Shown here: positions 1-64,000 of the stretch, piece by piece
How the letters are laid out: the number at the start of each line of letters is the position of its first letter
Numbering within the stretch: position 1 is the stretch's first letter
Source of the DNA: Octopus bimaculoides
Lineage: Eukaryota
DNA: 64,000 nt
Assembly: GCF_001194135.2 (NCBI RefSeq)
Contig: NC_068985.1
Span: 113,709,288 to 113,773,287, forward strand
Direction of reading: 5' to 3'
Notes under the pieces: generated by a model
Databases searched by the model: none
What the model was told of the DNA's origin: nothing
What the model saw: the letters and a program-made list of their open reading frames with translations, nothing else
Translations under genes and position numbers: made by a program

Positions 1-59
<59 letters not shown>

Positions 60-373
60 CATACATACATATACACAATGGGCTTCTTTCAGTTTCCATC
101 TCCCAAATCCAGTCACAAGGCTTTGGTCGGCCTGAGGCTATAATAGAAGACACTTGCCCAAGGTGCCATGCAGTGGGACTGAACCCAGAACCAAGGTGTT
201 GGGAAGCAGACTTCTTAGCACACAGTTATATCTGCACTTAGCTATGCAGCAACCTATATTATTGAATAATTATTTATAGACAGCAGGACCATATGAATGG
301 TACACTACGAATAACTAGCAATAGATTGCAATTTACGAACAAGTGTGTATGCTATATAATTACAACCTACTGG

Positions 374-761
374 TGTTGTTGTCGGCACTCCGTCGCTTAC
401 GACATCCAGGGTTCCAGTTGATCCGATCAACGGAACAGCCTGCTCGTGAAATTAACGTGCAAGTGGCTGAGCACTCCACAGACATGTGTACCCTTAACGT
501 AGTTCTCGAGGAGATTCAGCATGACACAGTGTGACAAGGCTGACCCTTTGAATTACCGGCACAACAGAAACAGGAAGTAAGAGTGATAGAAAGTTGTGGT
601 GAAAGAGTACAGCAGGGTTTGCCACCATCCCCTGCCGGAGCCTCGTGGAGCTTTAGGTGTTTTTGCTCAATAAACACTCACAACGCCCGGTCTGGGAATC
701 AAAACCGCGATCCTATGACCGCGAGTCCGCTGCCCTATCCACTGGGCCATTGTACCGCCAC
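374..761 (-). mobile_element. tRNA-derived SINE (family B), full length with TSD
   Basis: A/B-box head, (CAA)n tail, 12-bp TSD ACAACCTACTGG at 362-373 and 762-773; homologous to 23308-23691. Confidence 0.85.
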
Positions 762-2028
762 ACAACCTACTGGACACAAAGTTGAACAAACAGAAGTGGA
801 ATACTTACCACATATTGATAAAAGTAATCCGACATGGCTGATGCAAATGTTGCCACAACAACGCGGACGGCGCCACTCTTTTTTGAAGAACGTCCTGTCC
901 TGCAAACAATCCTGGATTGACAAAGATAAAACAATTTGAACAAATTAATTCAATTATTCAGTCAATTAATTAAAACACAAAAGCAAATTAAAATTTCTAA
1001 TCCTACCAAGTATTATGAAGATTACCCTTGTAATATCTGTGACCAGTAGAGGAAACCACATGTTTGAAAAAAGAAAACAACAAACAAAAAGTAAAAGAAA
1101 TTTAACAAAAGAAAAATGTTCTTTTAGATTTTTTTTATGTCACCAGATGTAACAGAGAGAGTCAGACTTTGAATTGATGATATATTTAGCAGAGTGAAAA
1201 GTGAGTGCAAATTTCTTCTTGTAGTTGTGGATTTTCCCATGGACTATTACTTACTCTCTAATATTTTGCAGTGGGTGAGTACAAAAATTAGCAATGTATG
1301 CAAAATTTTGTCTTCCTTTGCAAGTTACGTGTGCATCTATGGGAGTAATCATCATTTAACACATTAACTGCCACATGTACCACTGGTGGTTCATCACAAA
1401 CTTAACACAATCACCACTGGTGGTACATTTTCATAATTTTAGAAAATATTTTATTCTGTATCTTTGACATGGCTTTGAGGATATCAAAATAAAATGAGTG
1501 CTAATTATTAGCTTCAAATTCTGGTGCTAAGCCAACAGGTCTTTGGAAGGGTGTAAGTTGATTACATCAGCCCCAGTGCTCAACTGGTACTTATTTTATT
1601 GACCCTGAAAGGATGGAAAGCAAAGTTGACTCCCAGTAGCATTTGAACTCAGAATGTAGAGTAAGAAGAAATGCTGCTTACCATTTTTCCCCAGTGTAGT
1701 AACAATTCTGCCAGCTCACTGCCTGTGAGTGCTAAATATTCAAGTTTAATCATGAAATATTGTAAAAATGCCAAAAACTTACATTTCCTTGTAATTAAAC
1801 AATATGCAGTGTGATCAGAAATACATGGCATCACTGGTAAGTTCCAGAAACAGCCTAAGGCAGTTAATGTGTTAAATTTCTTTGTTAAAAAAATAAGAAC
1901 CAATTTTATTTTGAAAACCTTGGGTAATGTCCTCTTTGACATGAAAAGTTACCCCTATGTTATTTCCTGCCCTCTTGTTCATAACCCAAAAGTGAAACAA
2001 AATGAGTGGAATATTTAGTTTTACTTAC

Positions 2029-52341
<50,313 letters not shown>

Positions 52342-52720
52342 CTGAAACGAAAAAGGAGACTTATGTAGAACAATATTTCATAATATGGAAAAATAGAATA
52401 CCCTGTATTCAAGGTAGCCATAATTAATTTTTTTTGCTTCTTTTTTTTTTTAGGGAGGGTGTATAACAAGTTTACACAAACAAAACAGAGTAATAATTGT
52501 TCAAAAGTGAGATCAGTTCTGGTGCTGTTCTGTTATCTCTGCCAACACCACAATCTAATATCAAATCTGAGACAGGGGACCCCAAACTTTTCGTATCATT
52601 GATCCCTTTCTGTGGAACCATTGATAACTAATTGACACCCCGTTATGTAAATTTCTGTAAGAAAATTAAGAAGTATAACAAAAAATTCCTTGACTTAAGA
52701 GTAATTATTCCTCAATTTAT

Positions 52721-53100
52721 AGGCGCAGGAGTGGCTGTGTGGTAAGTAGCTTGCATACCAATCACATGGTTCCGGGTTCAGGCCCACTGCGTGGCACTTT
52801 GGGTAAGTGTCTTCTACTATACTCTCGGGTCGACCAAAGCCTTGTGAGTGGATTTGGTAGATGGAATCTGAAAGAAGCTTGTCGTATATATGTATATGTA
52901 TATATATATGTGTGTTTGTGTGTCTGTGTTTGTCCCCGCAACATCGCTTGACAACCGATGGTGGTGTGTTTACGTTCCCGTAATCTAGCGGTTCGGCAAA
53001 AGAGACCGATAGAATAAGTACTAGGCTTCCAAAGAATAAGTCCTGGGGTCGATTTGCTCGACTAAAAGGTGGTGCTCCAGCATGGCCAAGTAAAAGAGTA
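52721..53100 (+). mobile_element. tRNA-derived SINE (family A), full length with internal TA/TG microsatellite
   Basis: Head AGGCGCAGGAGTGGCTGTGTGGTAAG...GGTTCCGGGTTCAG, tail AAGTAAAAGAGTA; many related whole or partial copies (e.g. 79-237, 4250-4405, 12040-12190, 30212-30375, 37860-38030, 54625-54985). Confidence 0.85.
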
Positions 53101-54305
53101 ATTCTTTTGTATTCATTACTGCATTTTAATATGAAATACTTTAAGAAACTTAATGAAAATACTTAACAGAATTGATAAAGAATAATAAAAATTCATTTAT
53201 ATTATATTCATATTGTTGAAATATATAATATTTATTGACCCCTGGATAACCATATAAACATGGCCTCTCCCTACCCAGCAGTCAATACTAACCTTTTTGC
53301 TGACCCTTGAACAAGGATCAACTTTAGGTTCAATCCCTCTGGCAGTAAATAAAGTAAGATGAACAGCAACAGCCTATTAGGTCTGAGTTATTGGACAATA
53401 TAGCAACTTTACAACAACTGGCTTTGTACCTAATTAACCCCTTTGTTACTATATTTCTGTTGAAATACACTGTCTTTGTTTCAAATAATTCTTTGAAAGA
53501 ATGAGAATATCTTTGTCATTAGTAATCTCTACATAATAATCGCCTATATAAATGTTGGTTGGTTGGTAGGTTGGAAGAATTCTCCAGATGAATTTACATC
53601 ACAAAGAGAAAAGGGGAGAAAGAGTAAAAACGAGATACAGGATAAGTGCATACACTAGGCTCGATGAAAGAGGGAAAGGCATAACTCCAGTTTGATGTCA
53701 TACTACCTATTTTGATTCTTATAACTTTCAAAACATCACACATTTTTTTGAAATGAAATTATGCTAAGATAGATTTTCAACAGAGTAGATTGCATATGTT
53801 GATAAAATTTACAAAACTTGTCTCCCATATTTATTGCAATTATACAAACGAGAAATTTGTTTTATTTAATTTTAAGTAATAAATATTTTTCTTTTGAAAA
53901 TTAGTATTCATTTCATCAATTTGCATAAGCATCCAGAAATTTAATAAAAGTTAAATAATAATTATTGTATGTCATATTTCTTGATATTACCCAAGATGGA
54001 AAAGCATACTTCTTAAGTTACCATTTATATGATAGGTAACACTCTAATTAGTAAAATAATTTTGTCATCACTGAGCAAGTTTGGAACATAAATTAACCAG
54101 AAATATTGGTGGAATGTCTTAATTTGAATCACTTTAAAACAAGACGTTTGTATCACAATATCAGGAATGCTCTCAGATGAGTGGCTAGCAAAAAAAAAAA
54201 AAAAAAAAAAAAAAGGTCTAGTTGGTACCATGATCAAGGAAGATGGAAGCAGGAGCAACACAGTGAATCAGATCTCTCTCTCACTCTCATACATACACAC
54301 ACACA

Positions 54306-54524
54306 CACGAGGGGGTGTTGAAAAGTTCTTGGTTTTGGGCAAGAGAAAATACAGGAGTATCAGTTAATTATCATTTTATTCAACATATTCCCCTCTCAGA
54401 TTCACACACTTATTGCAGCAGTCCTTCAGTTTTTCTAAGCCTTGTAAAAGAACTCAGAAGGTTGGGCCTCCAGCCAAGCCTTTCACAAAACCCTTAAATC
54501 CAGATTTCCAGCACTTCCTTGTGT
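54306..54524. mobile_element. mariner-type MITE, diverged copy
   Basis: CACGAGGGGGTGTTGAAAAGTTC start; internal sequence matches 49818-50025. Confidence 0.65.
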
Positions 54525-57089
54525 ACATATATACGTACATACATATAAAATGATATTGTTTTGATAACAAATAAAAATAACTACTATGGCTTTGTATAAA
54601 TTCATATTTATGTAGGCACAGGTAAGGCTGTGTGGTTAAGAAGCTTGCTTTGCAGTCATGTGGTTTCAGGTTCAGTCCCACAGTGCAACACCTTGGGCAA
54701 ATGACTTCTACTGCAACCCTGGACCAACCAATGCTTTATGAATGAATTTCATAAGTGGATACCATGTGGAAGCCTGTTCTGTGTGTGCTTGTGTGTGTGC
54801 TCGCATGCATGCCTGTCTGTTTGTCCACCACCATTGCTTAACAACTGGCGTTGGTTTATTTACATCCCCATAATTTTGCAGTTCAGCAAAAGTAATGAAC
54901 AAAACAAGTAGCAAACTTTAATAAAAAAAAAAAAGGTTGACATGATTGACTAAAATCCTTTAAGGTGGCGCTCCAGCATGAAAAAAGTAAAACGTAAGCA
55001 AATAATGATTTCAAATTTTGGTTCAGGGCCAAAGACTCTCCATTGTCTTTGAGTGACGATGGAGAGTCAATTAAATCGACCCCCTGTACTTGATTGATCC
55101 CAAAAGAATGAAAGGTAAAAATCAAACATGGTGGAATTTGAATTCAGAACTTTAAAGATAAACAAATAATGCAGCTAAACATCTTGACTGAGGTACTCCA
55201 CAGTATAGAAGAAGCTGGATAAAAGTATTGTAAATACAAGCACAAATGAGAATGTGAGGGGCAAGATAACTTATAAACAAGAATAAAAGAATGAATGAAT
55301 AGATTCTCTGACAGAAATATGGAACATTTTGATAATGCACAAGATGGATGGCACATGAAATAAAAATGAAATGTCTTGTATTATGATCTTCAGTAAAACA
55401 TGACTTATCAGCAATGTCTCTCTCTATGTCTTCACCATCATCATCATGAACACCAACACCACCACCACCACATTCACTTAACAGGTTATTTGTACTAGTG
55501 AGTTTGTTCACTTCATACATATATATATAAATGTGTCTGTGCTTATATACACACATATATATATATGTATGTCCATATATATATATATATATATATGGAC
55601 ATATATATATATATATATATATANNNNNNNNNNNNNNNNNNNNNNNNNNNNNNNNNNNNNNNNNNNNNNNNNNNNNNNNNNNNNNNNNNNNNNNNNNNNN
55701 NNNNNNNNNNNNNNNNNNNNNNNTATATAAATGTGTCTGTGCTTATATACACACACACATATATATGGACATATATATAGATACATACATACATACACAC
55801 ACGTATATACTTACATATGTCCACACACACATGTGCATACATATAATGTACACACATGTATATACATACATATAATGTATACACACGTATGTACATACAT
55901 ACATGTAACATATATATATATACACACATACACATATATATATACACATGTGCATACACACACACACATGCACACACAAACACCCACACATGGCTATTAT
56001 TTGCTGAATTGATAATAAATGCCATTTTAATGTCTGTTGTTACCTTCCTTATTATAAATATTGACTTTTGCCATTTATGCTTAATGAGAACAACAATACC
56101 AAAAACTCACTTTAATGACACATATTAAAAATTACAGAAATAACAAAGAGTATAATCTTGACAATGGCTCAGAGTAAAAGTCCAGAAAGAAGGTTAAGAA
56201 GTACTCCAAGACAATTCTGCAGCAGAATAAATAAAGACTTCACTTTTCTTAGCAACCTACCTGAGACTATTTCTACCAACAAGTTCAAATCTAAACCATT
56301 AACATTCATATTACAATCAAATGTAATGTTAATTTTTTGTGTATTGTTTCGGATCAATCATGCATGAATTGATCTTGTAACTTCAAGATTTCTGTGATGT
56401 GATTGTTTATTTTTAGAATGAAATTGTGGGGTAGGTGTGAGAGGCCAAATCTGGTTTGTTTGAACATAAAACAGGTAGAATATTTAGATATGGTTGGTTT
56501 AAGATATATGAATGTACACCATGCCAAGAAACTCAAACAAGGGCAGCAAAATCAAACTCCCTCATTTGCCAAAATCTAACCACATAGGAATGGCCATTGA
56601 AAAGGTGATGATATTAGTGGTGCCTCAGCATGGCCACAGCCTTTGGGTTAAAACACATGAAAGAATACAGTATGCTTCCACCCACTTTCTGTCTACCAAA
56701 TTCACTCACAAATAATTAGTTGGCATGAGACTATAGTAGATGACACATGGCCAGGATGCTGTGGAATGGGACTGAACCCAAAACCACGTGGTTGCAAAGC
56801 AACCTTTTTAACCATACAGCCATGCCTATACCTATTTACCAAGAATAAGATTAAGTATCATAGGTGCATATATGGTTGTGTGTTCATCAGTAAATGCACA
56901 TCATCATCATCATAGGCGTCATCATAAACTTCATTTGATGTCCATTGTTTCATGCTAGCATGGGTTGCATGCAGACCTAACTAAAGAAGATAAGCAGATG
57001 GACAATTAGAAAGATGGGCAGAAGATAAGATAGAAAGACAAGGTTAGATAGAATGACAGAAGTTAGATTAAATAAAAGACACAAAGATA

Positions 57090-57134
<45 letters not shown>

Positions 57135-57829
57135 TCCAAAAAGTAAAAGGAGAAAAAGAAGAAAACTGCAGAAGTATAAAAAAAAAATCCCTACAGAGAA
57201 ATCTGCAATTTCACTATAATTGATACTAGCAGTTTTCAAGAAGCTGATTGGTTAATTCAGTGAAAAGTAACCAATCATAGCACTCTACTATGATTGGTTA
57301 ATTCCAAAGCAACACAAAGACAATGGATCATTACTTCAAGAGTTTTGTTATAGCTACCGATTACACAGGCGGATCCACACACACACACATATATATCTAT
57401 ATATCTATATGCACAAGTATGTATGTGTGTATATACACATGCACACACATACACAGGTATCAATGTGTGCTTTAACCCCCCTAAGGCAAGGTGCATTACT
57501 TAGTTTAGCTCAGTAATCTTAGCTGTGAAATAACTACCATTCTCACTTTACGGATGAGCAATTTTGGCAGTAAAAATAAATGCACCCACGTGTAAAAGGA
57601 AGAAAACAAAAAAGAAAAACGATAAAAAAAAACTATTTGAAAAAGAGGAAACAAATAAACACACACACACACACACAAAAAACACACAAAAATCCCCCAA
57701 AACAATAATACTCCAATGATCTGCGTAAATATATAAATTGTAGAGAGATTTGACATTGTGTGGCTAACACAGCTGTAAATGTAAATCATTGTATGTATGC
57801 ATGTATGTGTGTGTGTGTGAGAGAGAGAA

Positions 57830-57862
<33 letters not shown>

Positions 57863-57867
57863 AAGAA

Positions 57868-57900
<33 letters not shown>

Positions 57901-58028
57901 AAGAGAGAGTTTAAATCTGCAGGCAGGTGTGTATGTGTATCTACACATGTATAGGTGTATAAGTACATGTGTGTTCAAGTGTTTTAAATGCATGCGTAAA
58001 TGTGTTAATGTGTGTTTATCTATGTATG

Positions 58029-58142
<114 letters not shown>

Positions 58143-59583
58143 TGTCCATGCAAATATGTAGGTGTGTAAAAGTGTGTTTATGTCTATATGTGTATTTGAA
58201 TGAATAGGTTTGTAAATGTGTTAATGTGTGTTTGTGTATGTGTGTATTCATGAATGTGTTTGAATTTAATGAACAGTCTCTAAGATAGTCTCACATCCTA
58301 CTTATCAGTTGAAAACTGTGTTTAGGTATATCTTTATATTATAACAGTTTGTAAGTGTGCGTATGTGTTTATACAGACATGAATATTCAAGATGTAATAA
58401 GAGAAAGAAAATATTGACCCTAAAGGGCATTAGAAATGGGCCACAGCAGTAGAAAACCCATCATAATTTATACCAGAATCATTTTACACACACACACACA
58501 CACACACACAGCACATACAGCTGAATGTATGGCTGTGTAATTGAGAGGTTCAGTTCATAGCCATATAATTTTGGGTTAAATCCCATTGAGTGAGACCTTG
58601 GACAAGTGTTTTCTACTCTATCCCCAGGCCAACCAACAGTGGGACTGAACCTGTAAAAACATGATCTGGAAGTGAACTTAACCACACAGGCACACACACA
58701 TGCATATATATACCTGTATGTCTGTACACAAACATATACACACATGACAGGCTTTTTTTCTGTTTCCATCAACCAAATCCATTCACAAGTCTTGTGAGTG
58801 AATTTTGTAGGACACTTACAGAAGCTGTCATATATGTACATATGTATATCATCATCATTGTCAGCATCACCTAGTGTCTATTTTCTGTGCTGGCATGAGT
58901 TGGACAGTTTGATAGGAGCTGGCAAGGCTGGGAGTCACACCAAGCCCCATTGTTTGTTGTAGCATGGTTTCCTTTGCTGGATGCCCTTCCTAATGCCACT
59001 TCTCAGTATACTGGAGTCGTTTTACATGGCACCAACACCAGTGCTTTTTATGTGACACAAACACCAACAGTGTCACCTTGTAACTTGCAAAATAAAAACT
59101 TCTCAACTACGAGGGGGGGGGGGAGTAATATTGAGTGAGGTGGCTTGGTGCCACTTGATGAGAGATTAATGTTTTAGAGACAGAGATGGGTGCCTTGTTG
59201 TAGAGTAAATACATGGATACCCCAGTTGGAAGAGAAAGGAGAATGAGTTAGAGAGTAAGATAAAGAGGACAATGGTAAGAGAGATGGTCATGAAGATGTG
59301 TTGGAACTACCCCCAACGTACCTCAAAGGGACGTTGGGGGTAGTGAGAATAGGTGAGGTGATATAGAAGTTTAGGCTGGGTGAGTGGGCAGAATGAGGTG
59401 ACTAGTAAATGGTGGAGAGAAATATAGAATCTTGGGAGTTGCAGTGGATGTCTGGACATTGAGCAATAGCAGATAAAGAAGATATTAATGATGGAGAACA
59501 GCACAAAGAGGAATACACACATACATACATAAATGTGTGTGTATCTGATGCTTCTTCTAGCCATGATGCCATTCTATCAGAAG

Positions 59584-59680
<97 letters not shown>

Positions 59681-59699
59681 AAGAATAATATTTTTTTTT

Positions 59700-60375
59700 T
59701 TTTTCTTTTTATTTGTTTCAGTCATTTTGACTGTGGGCCTTGCTGGAGTACCATCTTAAAGGGTTTTAGTCGAAGAAAGCAACTCCAGGACTTATTCTTT
59801 GTAAGCCTAGTACTTATACTATCAGTCTCTTTTGCTGAACTGCTAAGTTACGGGGATATAAACAAACCACCATCAGTTGTCAAGCGATATTGGGTGGACA
59901 AACAGACACACACGCACACTCACATAAATATCTACATATACACAGAGATACATACTCATATATATATATGATGGGCTTCTTTCAGTTTCTGTCTACCAAA
60001 TCCACTCACAAGGCTTTGGTTGGCCCAAGGCTATAGTAAAAGACACTTGCTCAAGGTGCTACACAGTGAGACGGAACCCTGAAGTTGGGAAGCAAGCTTC
60101 TTATTTCTTTACTGCCCACAAGGGGCTAAATACAGAGGGGACAAACAAAGACAGACAAAGGGATTACATCGATTACATCGACCCCAGTGCTTAACTGGTA
60201 CTTAATTTATCGACCCCTGAAAGGATGAAAGGCAAAGTTGACCTCGGCGGAATTTGAACTCAGAACGTAACGGTAGACGAAATACCGCTAAGCATTTTGC
60301 CCGGCGTGCTAACGTTTCTGCCAGCTCGCCGCCTTGGGAAGCAAGCTTCTTACTACACAGCCACGCTTACGCCTT
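59700..60375 (-). mobile_element. SINE family A host carrying a nested family C SINE
   Basis: Family A sequence resumes after the 19-bp duplication at 60334-60352. Confidence 0.8.
60104..60333 (-). mobile_element. tRNA-derived SINE (family C), full length, nested, with TSD
   Basis: Head AAGGCGGCGAGCTGGCAGAAACG, B box GAGTTCAAATTCC, core GCCTTTCATCCTTTC; 19-bp TSD TTGGGAAGCAAGCTTCTTA at 60085-60103 and 60334-60352. Confidence 0.9.
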
Positions 60376-61069
60376 ATATCGTATAACTTAAAAAAGTTTC
60401 TAAGTACCAGATTCACTCACAAAGCATTAGTCAACCCAGGACAATGGTAGAAAACATTTGTCCAAGTTGCCATGCAGCAAGATTGAACCCAGAACTGATT
60501 GCTTGGGAACAACCACACCCAGACCTATAGTTAATAATATATGATAAAATATTCTGGTCAGAAAACAGTGAAATAACGACAGCAGATTTAAAATTGTGAT
60601 CTATAAGTGGGCACATGACATACATTTGAAGAAAGGAGTTGGTAATTTGAAGAGAGATGTTGATAATTTGAAGGGACAAAACATTTTGTCCTGTGTGCGA
60701 GATATCTTTTGCTATCAACAGTCTACCTAAGAATAATAAGAATAACAAGATACTGTCTTACTTAACACAACAAAACCAAGTTGTCTAAATTATAAATGAA
60801 CACAGGACTATAAGAATAATCCAGCTGGATTTTTCAACACCATTTATCAAATGTAGATGCCATGGGAATTGTAAGTAATAGTTATTGTGGCAGTAGGAAT
60901 GGTAAGGAATATAAGAACTGGAGAAAACTGTCACCAGAGAGTGTTCTAATGGATTACAAAAAAAAAATTTTAAATAGATTAAATGAAGACCACAAGTCAA
61001 GTAAGCCAAGGAGAAAATGAAATCCTGAAAGCTGTATTAATCTATCTTCCGATTTCTCTCTCTCTTTCT

Positions 61070-61103
<34 letters not shown>

Positions 61104-61924
61104 CATTTACACCTTCACAGATGTATATATACATTCATAGATAGATGCATGCACAAACACATACATACATACAAATGTAATATACTCACACACAAACATT
61201 TACATAAAGTGTAATTACACAAATACATACAACTGTACACATATATATACATACATTCATGTGTGTGTACATATATATATATATACACAAAAACATACAC
61301 ACACATATACACAAAAACATACACACACACACACACACAGATATATATATATATATTCAATGCATACCAGTTCATTCTAACTCTTCAAACTTTACCACAA
61401 TATCCATCATTCATTTAAAAACCCCAAAAAAAAAAAAAATGGATAAAAAAAAAAAGGTGCCCCTTAATCCCAGCCAACCATACTGCCAACATATAGCAAA
61501 ATCCTTCCAGATGGATAGCTCTTTCTCATGCATCTCATTACTGCAAAAACCTTAATCAACTGCGCTCAAAGTACAACTAACACCATTGGCTCAAAGTACT
61601 ACTAGCGCCATCTCCAATAAAAGAAAACCCCCCAAAAGATTCACACTAACCATTCAATAAATCCCACCGAACATTCCAAGAGAAAATTACATTCAGTTTG
61701 TTTGTTTTTCTTCCTTGTTTGTATTCTTTCTGTCTTTCTTTCCTTCTCTCATTCTGTCATTTTTATCCTGTTTTTTTCTCTCTTTTTCCCTTTTACGTTT
61801 TACTTGTTTCAGCTAATGGACTGTGGCCATGCTGGAGTGCTGTTTTGACGGGTTTTAGACTAACAAATTGACCTCAGTACTTAAAGGAGAACAGACATAA
61901 AAAACACACACACACACACACAAC

Positions 61925-62250
61925 ATCTATCTATCTACCTACCTACCTACCTATCTATCTATTAATCTATCTATATATCTATCTATATATATATCTATCT
62001 ATCTATCTATCTATCTATTATCTATCTAACATCTATCTATCTGTCTATCTATCTATATATCAATCTCTAATATATCTGTCTAATATCTATCTATCTATAA
62101 ACTATCAATCAATCTATAATCTATCTATCTATCTATCTATAATCTATCTATCTATAATCTATCTATCTATCTATCTATCTATCTATAATCTATCTATCTG
62201 TCTGTCTGTAACTATCAATCAATAATCTATCTATCTAGATAGATAATCAG
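61925..62250. repeat. (TATC)n / GATA-type microsatellite tract
   Basis: About 320 bp of degenerate CTAT repeats. Confidence 0.9.
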
Positions 62251-64000
62251 ACAGACAGATAGGCAAGCTTCCACACAGTTTCTGTCTACCAAATTCACTC
62301 ATACGACATTGGTTAGCCCAGAGCTACAGCAGAAGATACTTATCCAAGGTGTCACACACTGAGTTGAGCCTCAAACCATGTTGTACTCAGCCACAATTAT
62401 GCATCTAAGATATATTCTATCCTTATACAATTTTTCTTCATCACTGTATTTTTGTGATTTTTTCTTTCATGCAAGATATATTTATACCAATGTGGTGTAT
62501 ACATATGTACGTTTTATTCTTCCTTTACTGGTTATAGTCATTGGACTATGGGCCATGATGGGGCAATACCATTACGTTTTAGTGGATTATATTCCCATAC
62601 ACATATGCACACATACACACAGAGAGGCTTCTTACAGTTTCCACCTACCAAATTCAATCACAAGGCTTTGGTCAGCCTGAGCCTACAGAAGACACTTGCC
62701 CAAGATAACATGCAGTGGGTTTGAGCCTGAAATTATGTGGTCAGGAAGCAAGCTTCTTAACCACAAGTGTGTGTGTGTGTATGTGGGGNNNNNNNNNNTT
62801 CTTAACCACAAGTGTGTGTGTGTGTATGTGGGGGGGGGGGGGTTATCTGACTTATTTCATCACTGCTCTGGTTCTAATTACAGTCTGAAAGTGATGACTG
62901 ATATAAAACAGTGTCACACTAAACTCATGGTGGCCCAAATAAACGAAAAATGCATTGGCCTACTGTAAGTATGCTACTGTAATATGGTTCCACTCAACTA
63001 ACCAGCCTAGGTTGTCATCTAATAATAAAGTGACACTCAATTTTAATTCCCTAATCAATCAATTAATTAATAATCTCTGACTCACCTAATTTACTAATGA
63101 GTAACAGGCCACAGAAGATCAATTTACAATTCATTTTTAATTTCGTGAGTGATAGATATCTAGTTTGTGATGATGATGATAAGGACCTCAAATCGCCCTT
63201 ACTAATGACTAAAATGATTATACTTTTAATAACGCAAACATTCCATTTATTAATTAAAATACTGATACCCTTTATTAATTACCAACACCTCACTCACTGG
63301 AATTAAATGTGACATGGTTAAACACCATACAGCTCATTCAATTCATATTATTTTCTCAATGAACAATGCAAGTCTTAGATATTATCTGAAGCAAGATGAG
63401 TAACACCTCAACTGATGATGTGTCGCTCAATTAACTTGGCATTCTTCAATTAACGAAGAAGCCCCTACTCATGGATAACTTCAGTGATACCGAAATTAAT
63501 GGGAAGTCACTCAATTTACTAATTATTGAATAAATAGCAGATCACAAGCGAATAAAGTAACTTTGTAATAAGCTCAGTTAGTAGCTGGTCTCAGGTATCT
63601 TGAGTGACATCTCAGGAAATTCAATTAACACCTATACAAGTCAATTCATCCATTTTGCTGCCTTCTATTCATGGTAGGATCAAGAGGGTAGACCCTTTAA
63701 ACACCTCCTCCAAAGGGTCCTACCTGAAACAACTCTCATTACACTTTCTTGCTGGATTCTCAAGTGTGACCAACTGAAATTATGGATATTACACAACCAT
63801 CTTAATCTTTTATGTGTTTAAATTGGTCATATCCAGCCAAAATATCCTACCTGTTTTATGCTTAAACTGACCAGATCCAACCTCTCACACTTACCCTACA
63901 ATGTTATTCTAAATAAAAATATACAATCACATCACGCCTGATAAATTCAATACAATGTGAAAAAATAAGCAATAAATTGGACAAAGGAATCTGAATACTA

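Noticed and set aside
343-939. ORFs of 63 and 118 aa on the plus strand
   Set aside because: They lie within the antisense family B SINE; the same peptides recur at other copies
60624-60727. Candidate upstream plexin exon (RLLIAKDISHTGQNVLSLQIINISLQITNSFLQ) with AG/GT and a phase-2 end
   Set aside because: Lacks the expected F/Y-D-C PSI start; its open frame is explained by a 21-bp tandem repeat (60624-60673)
62759-62835. Direct duplication flanking the 10-N gap (similar case around 55625-55723)
   Set aside because: Typical unmerged contig overlap at a homopolymer or microsatellite; assembly artefact
63724-63773. Candidate 50-nt exon LVTLENPARKCNESCF(S) ending in phase 2
   Set aside because: Phase fits but cysteine spacing does not match the PSI N-terminus; needs cDNA evidence. 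The true upstream exon is probably beyond 64000.

Overview
AT-rich, microsatellite-dense eukaryotic DNA with 11 N-gaps. The SINE/MITE complement resembles that of a coleoid cephalopod, probably Octopus (inference). The whole window lies inside one large minus-strand gene. Six GT-AG exons (52233-52341, 41691-41795, 30428-30529, 11733-11829, 3339-3508, 2029-2180) splice in matching phases into a 735-nt open frame encoding PSI - TIG/IPT-like - PSI - IPT segments of a plexin ectodomain. The gene starts and ends outside the window. Introns (1.2-18.6 kb) hold several tRNA-derived SINE families (some with intact TSDs, one nested), piggyBac-, hAT- and mariner-type MITEs, 3' remnants of two restriction-like-endonuclease LINE clades (HERO-like, R4/Dong-like) and several fold-back palindromes. 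Most notable: a structurally complete type I hammerhead ribozyme motif at 11267-11329, two degenerate hammerhead-like motifs inside palindromes, a multi-template rearrangement with a perfect 162-bp inverted repeat at 38.7-40.2 kb, and a Cys-to-Ser loss in a plexin PSI domain. Almost all ORFs in the supplied track are microsatellite or repeat artefacts.
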